A stretch of 64,000 nt of DNA from an uncultured delta proteobacterium. Its GTDB lineage: Bacteria > Myxococcota_A > Polyangia > Polyangiales > Polyangiaceae. The notes beneath the pieces were generated by a model that was not told where the DNA came from, did no database searches, and saw only the letters and a list, made by a program, of their open reading frames with translations. The DNA is taken from contig CAWJCS010000006.1 of NCBI GenBank assembly GCA_963841435.1, positions 1,696,001 through 1,760,000 on the forward strand, given 5' to 3'. Positions 57,526-64,000 of the stretch are shown one piece after another (the first letter of the stretch is position 1; each line of letters begins with the position of its first letter). Position numbers and translations under genes: made by a program.

Positions 57526-58743
57526 TCAGCCGCGCGCCGCGGGGCGGGCATCCGCGAGCGCGGCGGCACGCCTCAGCAGCGCCGAAGCGCTCGCGCGGGT
57601 CTTGTAGACGTAAAGCCCAGCGGCCGACCCCTCCTCGATGGCCTCCTCGCTCACGCGCAGGCGCCCGTTGACCACGAAAAGCACCGGTGCCGGAAGGCCG
57701 TGCTCGGCAAGCTCCACGCGGCGCCACACGCTTTCACGGCTCCAGAAACCGAGCAGCTCCACGAGGACCTCGGCGCCGTCCCGCTCCCGTCTGAGCACCA
57801 GATCGGGCACGCAGACGCCGTGGCCGGGCACGTCGAGCACGCGGTCCGCCCTGGCGACGCTCCAGCCGGCCTCGAGCGCAGCGAGCTGTTCGGCGAGCTC
57901 GCGCACGTCGTCGCGCACCGCGGGAGCCTCGCCGGGCGCTCGCGCGTTGGACACGTGGTGGCGAAACTCGAGCGTTTCGGCGCGCTCCCCCCAGCGCACT
58001 TCGGCGACGAGATCCAAGGATTCGCAAGCCTCGAGCGTCGGTAGGAGGAGCGCGAGCTCGAGGCCGTACTTTCCGACGCTCTGGAAAAGGCTGAACGGCC
58101 CGTCGATTTCCAGCCGGTAGCCGCCGCCCGAAAGCGGAGCGATCCTGTGCATGAGGCGTCGGAACTTGAGCTTGTTGAAGAGCTCCCGGTAGTGGTCCGC
58201 GCTCGCGCAGCGAACGTCGCAGACGACCTTGACGGCGCGCAAGAGCACGGCCTGGACCTGCGCGCGCACGTAACTCTCGACGAGCACGGCTGGCGCGGGC
58301 ACCTCGCACCGGACCAGACGCTGCGCGCCCCTGAGATCGGCATAAAGGCCGGCGTCCAGGGCTTCGACGGTGAGACCGCGCTCCGCCGCGACCTCCTCGA
58401 GCAGCCGCGCCCGATCGAAGGAGCCCGTGGCACGGGCAGCCGCCGCGCGAAGGAACACGCCGACCCTGAGCTCGCTCGCTTCGACGCCTTCGGGGATCGC
58501 GAACTCGCAGGCGTCCTCCACGAGCTTGCGCAACCCCGAGAGCAACCGTCGCTCGCGGGGTGCGACCTCGACCGTGGCCCAGAGCGAAAAAAGGTCGTCG
58601 CGACTTTCGCCGACGGAACCGCGCGCCATCGCGGCGACGATCTCGGCGAGTGCGTGCGCCCGCTCCAGAAGCGCGCCGCTCAGGGGCAGGAGCTTGAGCT
58701 CGCGGCCGCGCCGGCGCGCCCGCACGTGCTCGGGGCTCAGCAT
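57526..58743 (-). CDS. DUF790/Bax1-family endonuclease
   Basis: LYADL, KFRRLMH, IDGPFSLF, VPD...VELLGFW (PD-(D/E)xK-like); coupled to an XPB-like helicase. Confidence 0.88.
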   Translation of the reverse strand: MLSPEHVRARRRGRELKLLPLSGALLERAHALAEIVAAMARGSVGESRDDLFSLWATVEVAPRERRLLSGLRKLVEDACEFAIPEGVEASELRVGVFLRAAAARATGSFDRARLLEEVAAERGLTVEALDAGLYADLRGAQRLVRCEVPAPAVLVESYVRAQVQAVLLRAVKVVCDVRCASADHYRELFNKLKFRRLMHRIAPLSGGGYRLEIDGPFSLFQSVGKYGLELALLLPTLEACESLDLVAEVRWGERAETLEFRHHVSNARAPGEAPAVRDDVRELAEQLAALEAGWSVARADRVLDVPGHGVCVPDLVLRRERDGAEVLVELLGFWSRESVWRRVELAEHGLPAPVLFVVNGRLRVSEEAIEEGSAAGLYVYKTRASASALLRRAAALADARPAARG

Positions 58744-60104
58744 TGATACGCCGAATGGGCGCGGCGCCGCTCGCTCGTACCGACCTCACCGGTTCCTGCG
58801 GAGACGAGCTCGTAGAGCACGGCCTGCTTGTCGCCGCGTCGCCGCAGCACGCGACCGAGGCGCTGCACGTGCTCGCGCACGGACCCGCTGCCGCTGATGA
58901 CGATCGCCACGCTGGCATCGGGCACGTCGACGCCTTCGTTTAGCACCTTGGACGTCGCCACGACGTCGAACGTGCCCGCGGCGAACCGCTCGAGGATCTG
59001 ACTACGCTCTTTGACCTTGGTCTGGTGCGTGATGACCGGCACCAAGAAGCGCCGCGAAACGGCGTACGCCGTGCGGTTTTCCTCGGTGAAGACGAGCACG
59101 CGTTCGCCGCGGTGCTGGGCGAGCAGGCGTTCGAGGTGCTCGAGCTTCTGCGCCGGTGCGAGCGCGAGCGCGCGCTGACGGCGGTAAGCGGCGAGCGCCC
59201 GGAGGCCTTCGGCCGTGCGGGCCGAGCGCATCAAAAAGTCGTTCCAACCCGAGGGCGAGCCCATCCGGACGCCCGACGAGCGCGAAAATGCGAGGTAGAT
59301 CGCGCGCTCTGTTTCGTACTCGGCGCGCTCCTCGGGGCTGAGCTCGACGTCCACGCGAACGGTCTCGTACTCGGCGAGGTACTCGCCGGCCAGCTCGACG
59401 ATGTCCTTGCGATAGAGCGTGGGGCCGATCAGCCGCTCGAGCTCGATTTCTCGGCCGTCGGGGCGCTCGGGCGTGGCCGTGAGGCCGAGGCGGTAGGGCG
59501 CGAGGCAGAGCTCCGCCGCAAGCTCGTACGTCCCTCCGACGAGGTGGTGGCATTCGTCGAACACGACGAGGCCGAAGCGCGCGCCGAAATGCTGCATGTG
59601 GAGATAGGCCGAGTCGTACGTCGTGACCGTGAGCGGGCGCACCTCGTGCGAGCCGCCACCGACGATGCCGACCTCGGTGGCAAAGCTCGCGCGGAGCAGG
59701 TCGTACCACTGGCGCACGAGGTCCAGCGTGGGTACGACGACGAGCGCGCTACGGCGGCGATCGTCGATGGCGAGCACGGCGAGGTGGCTCTTGCCCGCGC
59801 CCGTCGGCAACACGACGACGCCGCGCCCATTTCCCTTGCGGAACGCTGCCAAGGCCTCGTCCTGAAACGGGCGCGCCGCGCGCTTTAGCACGAGGTGCGC
59901 CGCGAGCTCCTCGTAGGCGCGCGCCTGGTCGTCGAGCTCGACGCCCTCGCGCCGCAGGGCGAGCACGAGCGGGGCGTAGGCGCGCGCCGGAGCACGATGG
60001 CAGCGACTGCGAGGGTCCCAGCGGCAACCGGGCGGCGGGGGTGCATCGGGAGCGAGACCCGAGAGCTCGAGCGTCCCGGCGACGAACCGGAGCGAAAGCG
60101 TCAA
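58737..60104 (-). CDS. XPB/Ssl2-like SF2 DNA helicase
   Basis: LPTGAGKS, DECHH, LGLTATPERPDG, LNEGVDVP and QRLGRVLR motifs; TTG start overlaps the upstream stop. Confidence 0.92.
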   Translation of the reverse strand: MTLSLRFVAGTLELSGLAPDAPPPPGCRWDPRSRCHRAPARAYAPLVLALRREGVELDDQARAYEELAAHLVLKRAARPFQDEALAAFRKGNGRGVVVLPTGAGKSHLAVLAIDDRRRSALVVVPTLDLVRQWYDLLRASFATEVGIVGGGSHEVRPLTVTTYDSAYLHMQHFGARFGLVVFDECHHLVGGTYELAAELCLAPYRLGLTATPERPDGREIELERLIGPTLYRKDIVELAGEYLAEYETVRVDVELSPEERAEYETERAIYLAFSRSSGVRMGSPSGWNDFLMRSARTAEGLRALAAYRRQRALALAPAQKLEHLERLLAQHRGERVLVFTEENRTAYAVSRRFLVPVITHQTKVKERSQILERFAAGTFDVVATSKVLNEGVDVPDASVAIVISGSGSVREHVQRLGRVLRRRGDKQAVLYELVSAGTGEVGTSERRRAHSAYQC

Positions 60105-60757
60105 AGCGGCGTGTCCTCGCGGGCGGAGCCGCCCATGAGCTCGAGCGGAACGTGGAACACCAGCTCGCCGATGAAGGTGCCGCGGCGCTCCCGCAAGCGC
60201 ACCTTCGTGACGGAGCAGTTGCCCATCTTGACGATGCAGACGCGCGGTACGGGCTCGCACACGAGGTGCTTGAGCAGCTGGTAGTTGAAACCTCCGTGCC
60301 CCACGAGCAGCACGCGCTCGCCGCTCTCGCGATGGCGCGCCTCGAGCTTTCCTCGCACCGAAACAACGCGCGCTTGCACGTCGGCGTAGCTCTCGCCGCC
60401 GAACTCGGAGAAGTCGCCGAGCTGGTCGATGCGGCGGCGCGCGAAGGCGGGGAAGCGCAGCGCGATCTCGCTGAAGGTGAGGCCCTCGAGCGCGCCCGCG
60501 GCTAGCTCGGCGAGCTCGGGCTCCGGTACCGGTGCGGGACCTCGTGTCGATCCGGCCAGCACCTCGGCGGTTTGCGCGGCGCGTAGCAGGGGCGACGCGT
60601 AGTGACGATCCCAGCCGAGCCCGTGTGAAGCGAGGAACCCCGCGAGGCGGCGGGTCTGCTCGCGGCCCCGCTCCGTGAGAGGAAAGTCGCTGCGGCCCTG
60701 CATTCGATCCTGCGCGTTCCCTTCGCTTTCGCCATGGCGCACGATGAGGATCTCCAC
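60101..60757 (-). CDS. Histidine phosphatase (phosphoglycerate mutase family)
   Basis: VRHGES, SPLLRAAQTA, GGES and VGHGG motifs. Confidence 0.93.
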   Translation of the reverse strand: MEILIVRHGESEGNAQDRMQGRSDFPLTERGREQTRRLAGFLASHGLGWDRHYASPLLRAAQTAEVLAGSTRGPAPVPEPELAELAAGALEGLTFSEIALRFPAFARRRIDQLGDFSEFGGESYADVQARVVSVRGKLEARHRESGERVLLVGHGGFNYQLLKHLVCEPVPRVCIVKMGNCSVTKVRLRERRGTFIGELVFHVPLELMGGSAREDTPL

Positions 60758-60819
60758 GCTGTGAGCCTTGTCTGCTAGATCCCGCTGACGCCGGCGGCCG
60801 AGCCGTCGGCTGCGTAGTC

Positions 60820-61924
60820 TTGTCCCGGGTGCTCTTCGTCAGCAAGCCAGTCGAGCCGCCCTGGAACGACTCGAGCAAGAACTTGGTCCGCGACCTCGCG
60901 CTCGGACTCGTTCGCTACGACGCGCTCGCCTTCGGGCGTGCGGGCGGCACGGAACGGATCGGCCGCGCCCGCCTCGAGCCCGTCTACGGCGCCGCTGGCG
61001 CCCGTTTCGCACCGGGTTTGCGTGAACAGTCTCGGGTGGCGCTGCGGCTGCTCACCGGGCAGCGGGCCGACCTCTGGCACTTCTTCTTCGCACCGAACCC
61101 CAGAAGCTCGAGCGTCGCTCGGGCCGTGGTACGGCTTCGGCGCGTGGCCACGGTCCAGACCGTGTGCAGCGTGCCCCGCGACGACGCCCCCCTTGACCGG
61201 GTGCTCTTCGCCAATCGCGTGGTCGTGCTCTCGGAGCACACCCGAAGCCGCTTTCTGGCCGCGGGCGTTGGCGCGGAGCGCGTCGTGCGCATTCCCCCCG
61301 CCGTACCACGGCTGACCCCGAGCACGCCGGCGGAGCGCTCGGGGGCGCGGCGCGCCTTCGGCGTACCCGACGCGGCGGAGCTCGTGGTTTACCCGGGTGA
61401 CCTGGAGTTCGGCGGCGGTGCACGACGCACGGTGGAAGCCCACGCGCGGCTGCCGTCAACGACGTGGCTCGTGCTTGCCTGCCGCCCGAAGACTCGGCGC
61501 GCGGCCGAAAGCGAGCGCGAGCTAAGGGCCCTCTCAGGGCGCCTCGAGAACGTCGCCGCGCGTGCTATTTGCCGGCGAGACCCCGCGTATCCTCGAGCTG
61601 CTCGCTGCCTGCGACGTGGTGTGCCTTCCGTCGGAAGTGGCGTACGCGAAAATGGACTACCCGCTCGTGCTGCTCGAGGCGATGGTACTGGCGCGCTCGG
61701 TGGTCGTCTGCGCGGGCACGCCGGCCGCCGAGCTCGCGACTGGGGGCGCGGCGCTCGCCGTAGCACCCGAGACCGAGGCGCTGGCCCGCACGCTCGGGGG
61801 CCTCTTGGGCGACGAGAGCGCCCGGCACGCGCTCGGCGAGCGAGCGCGGCAGCGCGCCACCGTCGAGCACGACCCCGCTCGCATGGCCGCGGCCTACGAG
61901 GCGCTCTACGACGAGCTCATCTGA
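60820..61924 (+). CDS. GT4-family glycosyltransferase (frameshift near 61545-61562)
   Basis: N-terminal half in the 60820 frame; C-terminal LAACDVVCLPS...PLVLLEAM...YEALY in the 61562 frame. Confidence 0.85.
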
Positions 61925-61999
61925 GCGGCGGAGCGGACGAAGCAAGAGCGCTTGGTGAGCGGGGACGAGACAACGCCGGGCGTCGTCGCCGGGCGAGCC

Positions 62000-62758
62000 T
62001 CATCGGGCCGCGGAATCGCGCTCGGGGTCACGCTCGGACGCGGCGAGCGTGCCGAAGCAGAACGCCTCGTCCTCCGTCGAGCCGCACCCCACTTCGGCCA
62101 GATCGCTCGCGCAGAGGGCGCCCGCGGCGACGCGCAGCGCCGCCCGCAGAGCGCGGGGCTCGCATCGACCCGCGTCGCAACGCACGCGCAAAGACCCGAG
62201 CACCCGGTGGCTGACGGGGACCGGACCGGGCTCACCAATCTCCGAGGCGCCGCGCGCGCGCCTCCCGACGGCCGCCACAAACGGGGCGAGGTCCACGCGC
62301 ACGGCCGAAGCCGTTTCGTAGTCGATGTCACCGTAGGCGAGCTCGGGAGCGAGACGGGCCGGCTCGCGCGAGGCCGTCGCGCCGGCGCTGGAAGAGGTGG
62401 GGGCCTCCTCGCGTGCGGCCGTCCCCGAGCACGCCACCGTGCCAGGCTCCGGCGCGCGACAGACCGCCCCCGCGACGAGCGCCGCGCCGAGCGCCCGCGC
62501 GCGCTCGTCGAGCGCCCGCTGCATCGTCCTTGCGTTGCAGCCGAATTCAGTGAGCGGCTCGCCGTCGAAGGGACCCCAGGCAGGCGTCTTGCCACAGGCC
62601 ACATGAAGCGCGCCGACGCTCACGAAGCCGTCGGGCACGACCTCCGCGCGCATCACCGGCGCCGTCGGTGCGAGCGGGGCGGGTGCAGCAGCGCAGCCCG
62701 CGGCGAGGACCGCCCAGCTCGCGACGCACGGCGCTAGAGGTCGGGCTAGGCGTCGCAT
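62000..62758 (-). CDS. Hypothetical lipoprotein with two Cys-containing repeats
   Basis: LAAGC lipobox; VGALHVAC / LGSLRVRC repeat. Confidence 0.65.
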   Translation of the reverse strand: MRRLARPLAPCVASWAVLAAGCAAAPAPLAPTAPVMRAEVVPDGFVSVGALHVACGKTPAWGPFDGEPLTEFGCNARTMQRALDERARALGAALVAGAVCRAPEPGTVACSGTAAREEAPTSSSAGATASREPARLAPELAYGDIDYETASAVRVDLAPFVAAVGRRARGASEIGEPGPVPVSHRVLGSLRVRCDAGRCEPRALRAALRVAAGALCASDLAEVGCGSTEDEAFCFGTLAASERDPERDSAAR

Positions 62759-62956
62759 CGGGGCATTCTGTTCCGACGGCGAGCGGCCGCCAAGCGGCGT
62801 CGTCCGTCTCGCGCTCCCGCGAGACGCTCGGACGACCGGAACGCGCGCCTTCCGAACGAGGGGCGAACATACAAAAAGAAGAGGCGCGACCGTCGTCGCG
62901 CCTCTTCGAGGTTTGGCTTCCGTGCGCGCTCGAGCACGCACGGGCCAGGGTTGGCT

Positions 62957-63313
62957 TTATGCGCCGCCCTGACCGCCCATGGCGCCGCCTTCACCAGATG
63001 CGCCGGCGTTGCCAGCCTCACCCGGTTCGCCGCCTGCGCCAAACGTCGTGCCCGCGGAGCCGCCCTTGCCGCTGGTGCCGGCCGAGCCGCCCTTGCCGCT
63101 GGTGCCGCCGGTGCCGCCCTTGCCGCTGGTGCCGCCGGTCGAGCCGCCGGTACCACCGCCGCCTTTGCCGCCCGAGCCGCCGCCGGCTTTGCCGCCGGTG
63201 CTGGAGCCAGCCTTACCTGCGGCCGCGGCGTCGTCATCGTCGCCTCCGCATCCCACCGCCGCAACGCTCGCACTAAGCGCGACCGTCGCGAGTAGGGTAG
63301 TCAGCTTATTCAT
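62957..63313 (-). CDS. Small Gly-rich lipoprotein
   Basis: GGAGG RBS, AVGC lipobox, GGTSGKGG repeats. Confidence 0.8.
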   Translation of the reverse strand: MNKLTTLLATVALSASVAAVGCGGDDDDAAAAGKAGSSTGGKAGGGSGGKGGGGTGGSTGGTSGKGGTGGTSGKGGSAGTSGKGGSAGTTFGAGGEPGEAGNAGASGEGGAMGGQGGA

Positions 63314-63602
63314 ATGAAATATCCTCCGAAACCTAGGTTAACCATGGTGGGCCTATTGCCCGGTGCCGACCGATGCACCTTCCGTGCCTCTCGACGCGGC
63401 CCGCATGGGAGACAAGAATAAGTGGATGTAATTACACAGAAAAATGTCCGGTGCCGGGCAGGCTCGCGCGCAGCGTCGAGGTCTGACCACGACAATGGTG
63501 TCATGGGCGCGTCATACATCGGACTACCCTGCCCCACCAAGCGAAAAACCGCGGGTACGGGGCGCCGGCCCACCGGCGGGCCGCCCAGATGCCACGTGGC
63601 CG

Positions 63603-64000
63603 TCACACCGGGCCGGTGGCACTCAGCTCGGAATCGGTAAACTCAAGGGCCCCGAGCCAAGCCTCGAGAGGGACAGCGCCGGTCGGACCAAAACGGTTCT
63701 TCGACACCCGGAGCTCGAGCGGGACCCGGGGCCCTGACGCCCCCGGCTCCGGAACGATGCGGGCGAGCAGCGTCGCCCCGTGCGACACCGAAGCCTCGTG
63801 GCAATCGAGGGCCGTGAACACGACCGTGACCCCGCTTTCGGCGAGCTCGCGAAGCTCGAACGACAGCGCCGTGAGCTGAGCGTCGAGGGCCCCGCGCTCC
63901 GGCACCACGAACCCCTCTAGGTCGTCGATGTAGACGAGCACCCGCTCATGGCGCGCCCACAGCGGCGCGACGCGTTGCGCGAGCCCCTGCAGGGGCTCTC
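63603..64000 (-). CDS. DnaB/RecA-fold ATPase-like protein, C-terminal part (5' end outside window), degenerate
   Basis: LVYIDDL (Walker B-like), LRELAE...VVF and LRVSKNRFGPTG motifs. Confidence 0.55.
   Translation of the reverse strand, partial: EPLQGLAQRVAPLWARHERVLVYIDDLEGFVVPERGALDAQLTALSFELRELAESGVTVVFTALDCHEASVSHGATLLARIVPEPGASGPRVPLELRVSKNRFGPTGAVPLEAWLGALEFTDSELSATGPV

Overview
A high-GC (about 70%) chromosomal window whose gene content looks like a myxobacterium (probably Polyangiaceae-like). From about 2.5 kb to 64 kb it is mostly ordinary housekeeping and myxobacterial accessory genes: dnaE, yicC-gmk, panD, a DEAD-box helicase, ccmC/D, tatBC, proA-rsfS-rlmH, an XPB-Bax1 pair, a giant TPR protein, Cys- and Gly-rich lipoproteins, tRNA-Gly and tRNA-Lys. 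The exception is positions 1 to about 1970, where the + strand has lost almost all cytosines (about 66 C by hand count, against roughly a third of bases elsewhere) while G stays abundant. Reading T as T-or-C recovers GC-rich genes, including the N-terminal part of a tyrosine integrase (GLRxxDLxxLxW and RRKT motifs). That part joins in frame, at a sharp junction near 1963-1972, to the unconverted integrase C-terminus, which runs into the 3' end of tRNA-Gly(CCC). A tRNA-integrated mobile element therefore appears to have undergone near-complete, single-strand C-to-T conversion, with surviving Cs biased to a 5'-AC context. This is either deaminase-type hypermutation of a mobile element or a read/assembly artefact. 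Several single-base frameshifts in conserved genes suggest an error-prone long-read assembly, so the raw reads are needed to decide.
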